A stretch of 64,000 nucleotides of DNA from a virus, in the IMG/VR virus record IMGVR_UViG_3300025759_000058; one strand, written 5' to 3'. The notes beneath the pieces were generated by a model that had not been told where the DNA came from, searched no databases, and saw nothing but the letters and a program-made list of their open reading frames with translations. Below, one piece after another: positions 43,339-53,074 of the stretch (positions are counted from its first letter, which is position 1; every line of letters starts with the position of its first letter). Both the position numbers and the translations under genes were made by a program.

Positions 43339-44391
43339 ATGAGTGATTTAGTACAAGTCGGTTATGCATGTGTTAACATGACATTAACAAGCCGGCCCAA
43401 AAAGTTAGGCGGCCGTGTTACAACGTCTCGCGGTTGTCGCAAAGCGACATGGTATCCTACGCGTGATTTGCATAAGTTAGGTGAGCTAGCATTAGCCAAT
43501 GCCAACGACTTGCTTATGTATCTCCGATGGAACGAAGAAAACAATATTCGCTTGTTTCGGCTAGGTTCTGAGCTTGTTCCATGGCACGACCAATTCGAGC
43601 TACATGAGCTACCGCAGTATGACGAGTTAGCAGATACGTTACGTATTGCCGGCAACTATGCCAAGCAGCATGGCCATCGTATTACGACACATCCCGGTCC
43701 GTTCCACGTATTAGGTTCGCCTACTCAAGCGGTCGCGGACAAGACTATCATCGGCCTCGAGCGCCATTCTGAGATATTCGATCTTATGGGGTTTGACCCG
43801 TCACCGCATAACAAGATCAATATTCATATCGGCGGCGCTTATGGTGACCATGAGACTACGGCCAAGCGATGGATTGCCAATTGGCAACGCCTATCCGATG
43901 CATGCAAGGCCCGACTTGTTATCGAGAATGACGACAAACCCAGTATGTACAGCGTTGTGCAGTTGTACGAGTTATTCCATCGAGAGATTGGTATTCCAAT
44001 TACGTTTGACTATTTTCACCATACATTCCATACTGGTGGTTTATCCGAACGCGAAGCGTTAGAGTTAGCCGGCTCGACTTGGCCGGACGATGTCGTGCAG
44101 TGTACTCACTATTCCGAATCACGACGTGATGAGCAGACATTAGCTTTGCAACGTGTATGTGAGTCCCATGGCATTAGCATTGACGATATGCCCAATTGGC
44201 CGACATTTGCCAAGATGCATGAGCAGTTTCAGAAGATCAAGGCTCAAGCGCATTCCGATTACATTACCAAGCCTATCGACAGCTACGGCAATCGCATCGA
44301 CGTCGTTGTCGAAGCCAAAGCCAAAGAGTTAGCCGTTTTACGGTATAAGAATGATGTAATTAAAGAAAATTCTAGATTGTTAGTTTCTTAA
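43339..44391 (+). CDS. uvsE: UV-damage endonuclease UvsE/UVDE
   Basis: GYACVN, FRLGS, HPGPF, IHIGG, IENDDK, FDYFHH, HSDY and VEAKAKE. Confidence 0.92.
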   Translation: MSDLVQVGYACVNMTLTSRPKKLGGRVTTSRGCRKATWYPTRDLHKLGELALANANDLLMYLRWNEENNIRLFRLGSELVPWHDQFELHELPQYDELADTLRIAGNYAKQHGHRITTHPGPFHVLGSPTQAVADKTIIGLERHSEIFDLMGFDPSPHNKINIHIGGAYGDHETTAKRWIANWQRLSDACKARLVIENDDKPSMYSVVQLYELFHREIGIPITFDYFHHTFHTGGLSEREALELAGSTWPDDVVQCTHYSESRRDEQTLALQRVCESHGISIDDMPNWPTFAKMHEQFQKIKAQAHSDYITKPIDSYGNRIDVVVEAKAKELAVLRYKNDVIKENSRLLVS

Positions 44392-44414
44392 TATTTATAC
44401 AAAAGGTTTTACTT

Positions 44415-44588
44415 ATGAAAGATAGAGAAAATGTATTACGACTTTTAGATGAAGTCGACAATATGGTTATGATTTTTGACTCAGCAGTCGAACGGAAATT
44501 ACCAATTGATCCGGCGGAGGCTCGTAACCGATTTCGGCAAATGCGTCATAAATTACAAATTATAACAGATAGAGTCACCGCTTCATAA
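44415..44588 (+). CDS. Small helical protein (57 aa), not in the ORF track
   Basis: MKDRENVLRLLDEVDN...; ATATTTAT at 44391. Confidence 0.6.
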   Translation: MKDRENVLRLLDEVDNMVMIFDSAVERKLPIDPAEARNRFRQMRHKLQIITDRVTAS

Positions 44589-44593
44589 AATGA

Positions 44594-45691
44594 ATGAAAA
44601 ACAGAATATTACCGTTTATAATTGCACTTAGCGCACTTTCGGTGTCTGCATCGGCAGCATTTTATTCTGTTACAGGACTTAGTAAGTTATTCGCCGGCGC
44701 TAGTTTAGAAGTGTTAATAATGGCTAGTTCTTTGGAAATTTCCAAATTAGTCATTGCATCATTGCTATACCAGTACTGGAATCGTATAAATAAATTATTA
44801 CGTGCGTATTTAGCTGCTGCATGTATCATTTTAATTCTTATTACTTCAATTGGAATATACGGATTCCTATCTGCAGCATATCAAGAAACAGCTGCGTTAG
44901 CTGGAAACCTAGATGCTCAAATTGAGTTAATAGAAACTAAACGCGATAATGTTAAAGGCCAGTTAGCTGTATATACGGAAGAGAAAACGAGTGTGACTAC
45001 AGCTATATCAGAATTGCGACAGGGGCTATCAAATAACGTTATACAGTATAAAGATGATGAAGGAAATATTATTACTACAACATCATCATCGACTAGACGA
45101 GCATTAGAAAATCAATTAGATCAAGCAATAGAACGTCAAACGGTTATCAACTCTAAGATTGATATTTTAAATACTCAGCTATTTGATTATGAAACGGAGA
45201 TAGTCGAGACACGTAATGGCAATGACATCGCTAATGAGTTAGGACCATTAAAATACTTATCAGGCCTGACGGGTGCACCAATGGATAAGATTATTAACAT
45301 ACTTTTATTAATAATAATTTTTGTTTTTGATCCTTTGGCTATATCTTTAGTAGTGGCTGCAAACTTTGCATTTGATCAGAATAAAGGACATATAGTAATG
45401 AAAGATACAGAATCAAATAACAAAGAACTAGACCATTTACAAGATACTGCGGATGTTATATCTGGCGGGTTAACGTATGATAAAGATAAATCGTTTGCTA
45501 AATTTATCAAACAGCAAGAAGCTAGAGAAGAAGAATGGGACGAGGAACATGCTCATGACATGGCCCTGAATAATGCAATTGGAAGTCTTAGTGATGACGA
45601 TAGAGAATGGTTAGAAAATCAAATTGCAAAAGAAACGGAATTAAAAAAAAATAAAAAGCCATCAAATCCAAGAAATTCATATTGGACATAA
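44594..45691 (+). CDS. Membrane-anchored coiled-coil protein conserved in large phages
   Basis: Three N-terminal TMs (GIYGFLS), a coiled coil and ELGPLKY...IIFVFDPLA. Confidence 0.7.
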   Translation: MKNRILPFIIALSALSVSASAAFYSVTGLSKLFAGASLEVLIMASSLEISKLVIASLLYQYWNRINKLLRAYLAAACIILILITSIGIYGFLSAAYQETAALAGNLDAQIELIETKRDNVKGQLAVYTEEKTSVTTAISELRQGLSNNVIQYKDDEGNIITTTSSSTRRALENQLDQAIERQTVINSKIDILNTQLFDYETEIVETRNGNDIANELGPLKYLSGLTGAPMDKIINILLLIIIFVFDPLAISLVVAANFAFDQNKGHIVMKDTESNNKELDHLQDTADVISGGLTYDKDKSFAKFIKQQEAREEEWDEEHAHDMALNNAIGSLSDDDREWLENQIAKETELKKNKKPSNPRNSYWT

Positions 45692-45703
45692 ACTAATGTA
45701 GTT

Positions 45704-46225
45704 ATGAAAAAAATTAAATATAGTTTTAAAACACGTACGCAGAATGGAAAACGGCTTATGATTTGCCGTAATAGCATCGAAGATAAGAATCATTGGTCAT
45801 GGGAACAGTTTAAAAATAAACCTAGGTGTACCAATTGGTCTGAAGTAGGTAGTGATGCGGTTGCAGTTCTTTGTAGTAGCTGTACACAAAAAACAGTTGA
45901 ACCACCAAAACAACCGCGTGGGTATGTTTCTAAAGGTCGCCCGCGCGGATGGCAATTTATGAAAGAGTTTGTCGATCCTCAAGGCAACGTTTTTCATAAA
46001 GGTGTAGAACAACCACAGCTTAAAGGTACATTAGAACCTACAAAAATTGAGCCAGCTGAGAAAACAAAGCTTTCAAAACGAGAAAAGGAAGAGCTTAAAG
46101 ATCAAATTTTACAACAGATTGCATTTACGCGTGGTGAAATAAAAAAGGCTAAATGGAAAAAGGACGTTAAGGCTGGCCATGTAGAGATGCGACGGCTTCA
46201 ACGAAAGTTGAAAAAACTTAACTAA
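45704..46225 (+). CDS. Basic hypothetical protein (Zn-ribbon-like)
   Basis: C...CSSC; RPRGWQFMKEFVD..GNVFHKG. Confidence 0.7.
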   Translation: MKKIKYSFKTRTQNGKRLMICRNSIEDKNHWSWEQFKNKPRCTNWSEVGSDAVAVLCSSCTQKTVEPPKQPRGYVSKGRPRGWQFMKEFVDPQGNVFHKGVEQPQLKGTLEPTKIEPAEKTKLSKREKEELKDQILQQIAFTRGEIKKAKWKKDVKAGHVEMRRLQRKLKKLN

Positions 46226-46264
46226 TACTTTGTCTTATTAAGAAGAAGTTTATATATTTAGGTT

Positions 46265-46861
46265 ATGAGTATATACGGAGATAATATATCGCAGCGCGAT
46301 AATTCTAGTCAATCGATAGAGACTGTATCATTGAATGATCGTCTACAGTATTTGATCGACTTCGATGATAATGTCATTTTTATTAATGGTGAAATTGATA
46401 GCAATACATTATCTCAATTTATACTTAAAGTCCGTGCATTGGTAAAAGAAAATAATACAGAATCAATCAATGTAATTATCAATTCACCTGGCGGAGATTT
46501 ATTCGAAGCATTTGGTATTATTGATTTTATGGAATCGGCGAGTATAAAATTTAACACAATATGTCGCGGTGTTGCATGGTCAGCAGCTGCATTAATTCTT
46601 TTATCGGGTACTGGTGTACGTGTCGCTAGTAAACGATCATCTATTATGCTGCATGAACCGTTATCTAGTAACGATTATACGAATATTTCTAACATTGCAG
46701 TACAAGCTGCATTTCATGAAAAATCGTTAAATAACATGTATGAGTTACTAGCTGCTAGAAGTAATAAAGATAAAGAGTGGTGGATGACAAAGCTACGTAC
46801 AGATATGTGGTTATCTCCCATGGAAGCCGTTGAATTAGATATTATTAATCAAGTTAATTAA
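46265..46861 (+). CDS. clpP: ClpP-like serine protease
   Basis: INSPGGD, GVAWSAA (Ser), IMLHE (His) and DMWLSPMEA. Confidence 0.85.
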   Translation: MSIYGDNISQRDNSSQSIETVSLNDRLQYLIDFDDNVIFINGEIDSNTLSQFILKVRALVKENNTESINVIINSPGGDLFEAFGIIDFMESASIKFNTICRGVAWSAAALILLSGTGVRVASKRSSIMLHEPLSSNDYTNISNIAVQAAFHEKSLNNMYELLAARSNKDKEWWMTKLRTDMWLSPMEAVELDIINQVN

Positions 46862-46862
46862 C

Positions 46863-47600
46863 ATGAGTTTAACATTAGATCAAATTGCAGAAAATTGGAA
46901 AACGTATCGAGAACGAGTCGAATCATGGTTTCCAGAGCGCGCGACCGCGCTAAATAAAATGTATGACTTCTTTGAAGATCGTATGATGACAATGCCAGCT
47001 TCGAGCGTAGATCATTACCATAATGCATTCGAAGGCGGTTATGTAGATCATGTATTACGTGTAATGGATTGTGCAGATAAGTTGTATACTTCATGGGGAG
47101 AGATGGGTGCTAGTTTAGATGGCTTCACAAAAGAAGAACTTATGTTTGCAGCAATGCATCATGATTTAGGTAAAGCTGGATTTCCTAATGACGGTGGCGA
47201 AGTATACATTTTTAACGACTCGGAATGGCATCGTAAAAACCAAGGTAAGATGTACAAGTATAATCCTAACAACCCATTTTCAATGGTACCTGATTTAGGA
47301 CTATGGGTACTTCAAAACTTTAAAGTACCAGTGACATGGAATGAGTATCAAGCAATTCGTATTCATGATGGCTTGTATGATGATGCTAATAAGCCTTATT
47401 ATATTTCTAGAAGTGCTGATAGCAAGTTACGCACCAATTTGCCTGTCATCTTACATCATGCTGATATGATGGCTGCTCGAATTGAATACGAGCAGTGGCG
47501 TGATAATGCTCCGGCCAAATCTACTACTAAGAAGAAGGCTAGTGGACCAAAGCCTTCGATAAACGCAAACAAATTGTTTGAAGATTTATTTGGAGAATAA
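46863..47600 (+). CDS. HD-domain phosphohydrolase
   Basis: H..F.GG..DH, HHDLGK, IHDG and HHAD. Confidence 0.85.
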   Translation: MSLTLDQIAENWKTYRERVESWFPERATALNKMYDFFEDRMMTMPASSVDHYHNAFEGGYVDHVLRVMDCADKLYTSWGEMGASLDGFTKEELMFAAMHHDLGKAGFPNDGGEVYIFNDSEWHRKNQGKMYKYNPNNPFSMVPDLGLWVLQNFKVPVTWNEYQAIRIHDGLYDDANKPYYISRSADSKLRTNLPVILHHADMMAARIEYEQWRDNAPAKSTTKKKASGPKPSINANKLFEDLFGE

Positions 47601-47601
47601 C

Positions 47602-47886
47602 ATGGAATATGCAGTTATAACTATAGCTATTGTATTAGTAGCCTCTATAATTGGTAACGTAGTTGCAATACGTAGACAAGAAAAATTGGAAGACTATATA
47701 CGCGAATTGGAAGAGTCTAATACAGAGTTTTACAATTTCTTTAAGGAACTAAAAACTAAAATGTCTGAATCTAATTCTAGAATTAGAGCTATCGACCACC
47801 GCGGTTCCTTTGAAGCCGATGACGAAATTGGTTTTGTTTTTAAAGAAATTCGAGATATAGTTGAGTTACTCAATAGGAGTTTTTAA
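47602..47886 (+). CDS. Single-TM coiled-coil protein
   Basis: N-terminal TM; GSFEADDEIG. Confidence 0.65.
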   Translation: MEYAVITIAIVLVASIIGNVVAIRRQEKLEDYIRELEESNTEFYNFFKELKTKMSESNSRIRAIDHRGSFEADDEIGFVFKEIRDIVELLNRSF

Positions 47887-48641
47887 TGATATCGGCAGAG
47901 GCGTTTTATAAATGGCTAGAACAATACGAACCAGTAGATCCTAATTCTAAGCGAGGGCGAAAACCGTCAAAGAAGCAGTACTTTACAGTTGTTACGGAGA
48001 ATGCAATTATTGCATATAATAATGAAGATGATCAAAATGCTCGAAACAAATTATATAGAGAACATATTCATTATCCTTTTGATAAATTAGTAGAAAATAT
48101 ATATCATACATTTAAATTTAGTTATTTTGATATTCCATATGAAGATGTTAAATGCGAGGTAGTTGCATTTCTTAATGAGAAGATACACAAATATAAAGCA
48201 GGTAAGGGAAAAGCCTTTTCTTACTTTTCTATTATTGCTAAAAACTATCTTATAATTCAAAACAACCAAAACTATGCCAAGCTTAAGGCGCGCGCGGAAG
48301 TTGATGAGATTGACAACTCGCGAGATTTAGACATCGAACGTTCATTAAACGATCAACAATCTCAGTTACGTGATTTTACCAATCTTTGGTGCGATTGGTA
48401 TGATGTAAATCTTACATCTATATTTACAAATAGTAGAGATATTGCAGTAGCCGATGCGATACTTGAGTTATTTCGCATGCGCGAAAATATTGAAGATTTT
48501 AATAAAAAGGCATTATACATTCTTATAAGAGAACGGACCGGGCTTAAAACTCAAAACATTACTAAAGTAATAAATGTAATGCGTAAAGATTTCATGAAAA
48601 TGTTTTCTGTTTATCGCAAGACCGGCCAAATTCTAGCCTGA
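47886..48641 (+). CDS. Phage sigma-like factor (gp55-like late sigma candidate)
   Basis: Region-2-like KY...KGKAFSYFSIIAKNYL and a C-terminal helix-turn-helix-like segment. Confidence 0.65.
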   Translation: MISAEAFYKWLEQYEPVDPNSKRGRKPSKKQYFTVVTENAIIAYNNEDDQNARNKLYREHIHYPFDKLVENIYHTFKFSYFDIPYEDVKCEVVAFLNEKIHKYKAGKGKAFSYFSIIAKNYLIIQNNQNYAKLKARAEVDEIDNSRDLDIERSLNDQQSQLRDFTNLWCDWYDVNLTSIFTNSRDIAVADAILELFRMRENIEDFNKKALYILIRERTGLKTQNITKVINVMRKDFMKMFSVYRKTGQILA

Positions 48642-48675
48642 AATAGATATATACATATTTATTTTAAAGGGCAGT

Positions 48676-49074
48676 ATGGATCCTAATGATTTTGAACTTT
48701 TCAAGGGTACGACGTTTTCGGACCTAATGAAAGATGTCTATCATAACTCTAAAAAGAAATCTAGACAAATAGATGGACTAATTCAAGAATTGCAGCCTCT
48801 AGTTAAAAACATAAGCGATGCTACTCTATTAGTTCCTATGATAAAAGACTATATCGAAGTATCCGTTAAAAACGATGATGCATTAGTTAAGTTAGCTGGC
48901 ATTGTACAGCGGTTAATGTCTGCCGGAACAAAAGAAGAAGGTGGAGAATTCGGATTGTCAGATGAAGAACGTTCTAGATTATTACAAGAAGCAGAAGACG
49001 AAGTTAAGTCATTAAAAACTGAACAGAGTGATATAAACAAGGATATTGATGACGTACGCTCAAGTGATAGATGA
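48676..49074 (+). CDS. Conserved hypothetical helical protein
   Basis: 132 aa; ATATTTAT at 48655. Confidence 0.7.
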   Translation: MDPNDFELFKGTTFSDLMKDVYHNSKKKSRQIDGLIQELQPLVKNISDATLLVPMIKDYIEVSVKNDDALVKLAGIVQRLMSAGTKEEGGEFGLSDEERSRLLQEAEDEVKSLKTEQSDINKDIDDVRSSDR

Positions 49075-50197
49075 AGGTAACGGCGGTCCGTACAATAACC
49101 TACCAATTACTGATCAGAATGGTGTACAAAGAGAACGGCTTCCAGGCGAAATTTTAGTTCGTACTCAAAATAACCGGACGCAGGCTGTTAGTGAAACATA
49201 TGTTTTACCTTTACTAGATTATATTACACGTGTTCCCTTGCACGGCGAGATAGTCCAGCTTCATATGTTACCATCGGGGACTGCTGAAAACAAATATAAT
49301 GATAATCGATTTTATTATACAACTACATTAAACTTACACGGTTCGCGTAATATAAATCAGCTACCATGGATCATGAACACAGTAGCCAAAGGCTCGACGT
49401 TAGATTCGTTTATATCACCAGAAGGCAACAAAGTACCGGAACAAAGTTCGTTTGCAGAAAAATCTGTTAATACATTACAGCCATATGAAGGAGATCTAAT
49501 TATCAATGATCGATTTGGTTCTTCAATACGTTTTTCATCTGGTGTAGATACTAATTCACGTGCATCAAACGGTTCGTTATTGTATAATACATTACCGCCA
49601 TGGGATGGACCTGTCAATGAACCTTTGATGATACTTACTGCAGGTAACAATCAAGAATCAAACGTCGAAAATTTTCAAAGCGATGCATCATCTATTATTT
49701 TATCAACGTCGCAAAAGCTAGAATTAGATACTTCACAGCAAAATATAGGCCGCGGTATACTATCAACACGTAGTTATTCAGAACCGCAAATTATTTTAAA
49801 TAGCGACCGTATTACTATTAATAGCAAGGTCGACGAAGTAATTATTTCAGGTAAAAGTACCGTATCTATTGCAACGCCAGGATGGGCATCGGACATGGAT
49901 AAATTTTTTACTATGGTTGAAGATATACAAAATGAATTGAAAAGCTTACATTCGCAAGTTAATGCCCTAACGACTCAAGTCAATACTTTGTCAGTAGCAA
50001 CTACTACATTTGGATCTGCGCAAGCATCGGTTGCTGCGGGGCTTGTGATACTTGCTCCATTAGCGCCGGCACCCGGAGCTTTAGCCGGTGCATCTGGTGC
50101 TGTTGTCGGCCAAACAACATCTATTTTAACAAAACTTGGCACTATTAAAGCAAATCTATCTAAGATCGATTCTACAATTGCAAGTCTAAAGCAATAA
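49049..50197 (+). CDS. Probable baseplate hub/spike (gp5-like) protein
   Basis: OB-like PLHGEIV, EGDLII..RFGSSIRF, beta-repeat QIILNSDRI; precedes a gp25-like gene. Confidence 0.55.
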   Translation: MTYAQVIDEGNGGPYNNLPITDQNGVQRERLPGEILVRTQNNRTQAVSETYVLPLLDYITRVPLHGEIVQLHMLPSGTAENKYNDNRFYYTTTLNLHGSRNINQLPWIMNTVAKGSTLDSFISPEGNKVPEQSSFAEKSVNTLQPYEGDLIINDRFGSSIRFSSGVDTNSRASNGSLLYNTLPPWDGPVNEPLMILTAGNNQESNVENFQSDASSIILSTSQKLELDTSQQNIGRGILSTRSYSEPQIILNSDRITINSKVDEVIISGKSTVSIATPGWASDMDKFFTMVEDIQNELKSLHSQVNALTTQVNTLSVATTTFGSAQASVAAGLVILAPLAPAPGALAGASGAVVGQTTSILTKLGTIKANLSKIDSTIASLKQ

Positions 50198-50221
50198 CAT
50201 ATTTATTATAAAGGATATTTT

Positions 50222-50650
50222 ATGAACTCTAAAGTATTTCTAAAAGCGTTACGAACAATAATCCGAGAAGAAGTACGTACTGCCATTCGTCATGAGTTAA
50301 ACGAACGTACGGAACCAAAAAAATCTCACAATGAAGTTATAGACCACGGCATGCGTATGCATAAACAAGCAACGCAGTCTCAAAAGCAGTACGTAAAAAA
50401 TCCAATGTTAAATGACATCTTAAATGAAACATCCGCAATGTCATCAGATGAATGGTCTACTATGAATTTTAGATCTGAAATGGCACAAGCGTTTGGAATG
50501 CAATCTGCCGAGCCTGTCGCTGTACAGGATGTATCTGGCAATGCTATTTCTACAGATTCATTAAAATCTAAGGAAGGCGGTGAAGCCGTCGTTAACGCTC
50601 TTACGCGCGACTATTCTTCGTTAATGAAGGCAATGGATAAAAAGAAATAA
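50222..50650 (+). CDS. Protein with an LRTIIREE tag variant
   Basis: MNSKVFLKALRTIIREEVR; ATATTTAT at 50199. Confidence 0.7.
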   Translation: MNSKVFLKALRTIIREEVRTAIRHELNERTEPKKSHNEVIDHGMRMHKQATQSQKQYVKNPMLNDILNETSAMSSDEWSTMNFRSEMAQAFGMQSAEPVAVQDVSGNAISTDSLKSKEGGEAVVNALTRDYSSLMKAMDKKK

Positions 50651-50653
50651 TAA

Positions 50654-51196
50654 ATGGCACGTAGTGTTTATAGATATGAACCAATCAATGAGACGCCAGA
50701 TAAAGGTGTAGGTATACTCTTACCTTTAAATAGACCAGTTACCGGACGACTAAAAGAAGAGACATCGTATGATGCTGCTGGAACAAATGGTAAAGGCGTA
50801 TTTGTACAATCGTATACAACAGAGGAACAGTCTATAAGTAATTTACGTAATTTATTACATACCCTTAAGGGTGAACGTTTCATGCAACCTAATTTTGGGA
50901 CTAGAATTCGTGAGTTTTTATTTCGTCAGTCGTATGAATCCTTAGCATCCGACTTATCAGAATCTATCACTAATGATATTAATACATGGATTCCGTATAT
51001 TATACTCGACGCTGTCGATGTGGTTACCAATGAACATAGAATAGATATCAGAATACGTTTTCGTACAACACGTAACGGTGCTAATTTAATCATTAATGTG
51101 TTGGCTCAAGAAAATGCAATTATAGTATCAGAACCAATTCAAGATACATATTCGCCGGCATCGAGTAGATTAGTACAGGTATATGGAGGACTTTAA
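50654..51196 (+). CDS. Baseplate wedge subunit, gp25-like
   Basis: NLRNLL.T.KGERFMQPNFGT.I..FLF...WIPYI. Confidence 0.85.
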   Translation: MARSVYRYEPINETPDKGVGILLPLNRPVTGRLKEETSYDAAGTNGKGVFVQSYTTEEQSISNLRNLLHTLKGERFMQPNFGTRIREFLFRQSYESLASDLSESITNDINTWIPYIILDAVDVVTNEHRIDIRIRFRTTRNGANLIINVLAQENAIIVSEPIQDTYSPASSRLVQVYGGL

Positions 51197-53073
51197 TGAC
51201 ATTAGTTAAAAAAGATGTAAAATATCTTAATAAAGATTTTGCGCAGTTTAGACAAAATTTAATAAACTTCGCACGTACGTATTATCCCAATACCTACAAT
51301 GATTTTAATGAATCGTCGCCTGGTATGATGTTTATGGAAATGGCATCATATGTCGGCGATGTATTGTCATTTTACACTGATACTTCTTATAGAGAGTCAT
51401 TACTTAATAGCGCTAAAGAAGATGCTAATGTATTGCAGTTATCCCAAATGTTGGGATATAAGCCAAAATTAAATTCACCCGCGTTAGTCGATTTAGATGT
51501 GTATCAACTTGTGCCGGCACTTGGTTCTGGAGCATCTGCACGTCCAGATGAAAGATATACGTTATCAATCCAACCTGGAATGACAGTGACCGGTAATGAT
51601 AATGTCACATTTCGTACATTATCGACTGTAGACTTTTCATCATCAAGTTCTATAGATCCATTAGATATTTCTGTATATGAGATTGATAGTAATGGTAATG
51701 TACAATACTACTTATACAAAAAATCCGTTCCGGCAATATCTGGCGAGGTTAAGACGGCTACATTTACATTCGGTGATCCTAAAATATATGATAAAATTGC
51801 ATTAACAGATACTAATGTATTAGATATAATCAGTGTTACTAGCGACGAAGGCTCGACATGGCATCAAGTCGATTATTTAGCGCAAGACACTATATTCGAA
51901 GATATCGAGAACATTCCATTTAATGATTCAACCCTATCTTCATTTAGAAGTGCTGTGCCGTATATTTTAAAATTACGACGTACACCTAGAAGGTTTGTAA
52001 CTAGACTTAGAGAAGACTTACGTACCGAAATACAATTTGGTGCTGGTATAAGTTCCGATGCTGATGAAGAATTAATTCCTAATCCTAAGAACATTGGTAG
52101 CGGCTTAGAGTATTTAAATCGAACTACAAACAATAACATAGATCCATCGAACTTTTTATATACTAGTACATATGGATTGGCTCCAAATAATGAGACACTA
52201 ACTGTTACATATTCGGTAGGTGGCGGCACAAAAGAGAATGTAAGTGTTAATTCATTGACAACAATTTTATCTGTACCATATAATACTGCAACAGAAATTT
52301 ACGGCGTTGATTTGACTGATACAAAAGCATCTCTGGCTGTAAACAATCCTGTACCGGCACGTGGCGGAAAAGCTAAAGATGATATCGAAAATATACGTCA
52401 ATCTGCCATAGCAGCATTTGCTGCTCAAAATAGAGCTATTACACGTGAAGATTATATTTCTAGATGTTATGCAATGCCTTCAAAATACGGATCAATTGCA
52501 AAGGCATATATTGTCAGTGATACCCAAATTAATACATCAGATAATGAATATCCACGCGAGACTATATCTAATCCATTAGCTCTAAATTTATATACGTTAG
52601 GTTATGACGTCGCCGGTAACTTTACACCGCTTAATACTGCAGTAAAACAAAATTTACGTACATACTTATCTAATTATAGAATGTTAACGGATGCAATTAA
52701 TATTAAAACTGCATATGTGATTAATATTGGCGTAGAGTTTGAAATTATACCTAGGCCTAATGCCAATAGTAATGAAGTGTTAATACGTTGTATAAATAGG
52801 CTTAAGACGTTGTTAAATAATGAACGTATGCAGATTAACGGTAGTTTAAACATATCTAATTTAATGACGGAACTTGATAAAATTGATGGTGTTCAAAGTG
52901 TACCTAAATTAGATATAATAAATTTATATGATGCTAATAAAGGTTATAACAATAATGTATATAGCATTAATGGTGCTACTAAAAATGGTATTGTATATCC
53001 GAGTTTAGATCCTTGCATTTTTGAAGTTAAGTATCCCGATTCTGATATTAAAGGAAGAATAGTAAAGGCATAA
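51196..53073 (+). CDS. Baseplate wedge subunit, gp6/BplJ-like
   Basis: DF...RQNL..F, SYVGDVLSFY, LGYKP, GG...ENIR and QNRAITREDY. Confidence 0.85.
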   Translation: MTLVKKDVKYLNKDFAQFRQNLINFARTYYPNTYNDFNESSPGMMFMEMASYVGDVLSFYTDTSYRESLLNSAKEDANVLQLSQMLGYKPKLNSPALVDLDVYQLVPALGSGASARPDERYTLSIQPGMTVTGNDNVTFRTLSTVDFSSSSSIDPLDISVYEIDSNGNVQYYLYKKSVPAISGEVKTATFTFGDPKIYDKIALTDTNVLDIISVTSDEGSTWHQVDYLAQDTIFEDIENIPFNDSTLSSFRSAVPYILKLRRTPRRFVTRLREDLRTEIQFGAGISSDADEELIPNPKNIGSGLEYLNRTTNNNIDPSNFLYTSTYGLAPNNETLTVTYSVGGGTKENVSVNSLTTILSVPYNTATEIYGVDLTDTKASLAVNNPVPARGGKAKDDIENIRQSAIAAFAAQNRAITREDYISRCYAMPSKYGSIAKAYIVSDTQINTSDNEYPRETISNPLALNLYTLGYDVAGNFTPLNTAVKQNLRTYLSNYRMLTDAINIKTAYVINIGVEFEIIPRPNANSNEVLIRCINRLKTLLNNERMQINGSLNISNLMTELDKIDGVQSVPKLDIINLYDANKGYNNNVYSINGATKNGIVYPSLDPCIFEVKYPDSDIKGRIVKA

Positions 53074-53074
53074 T

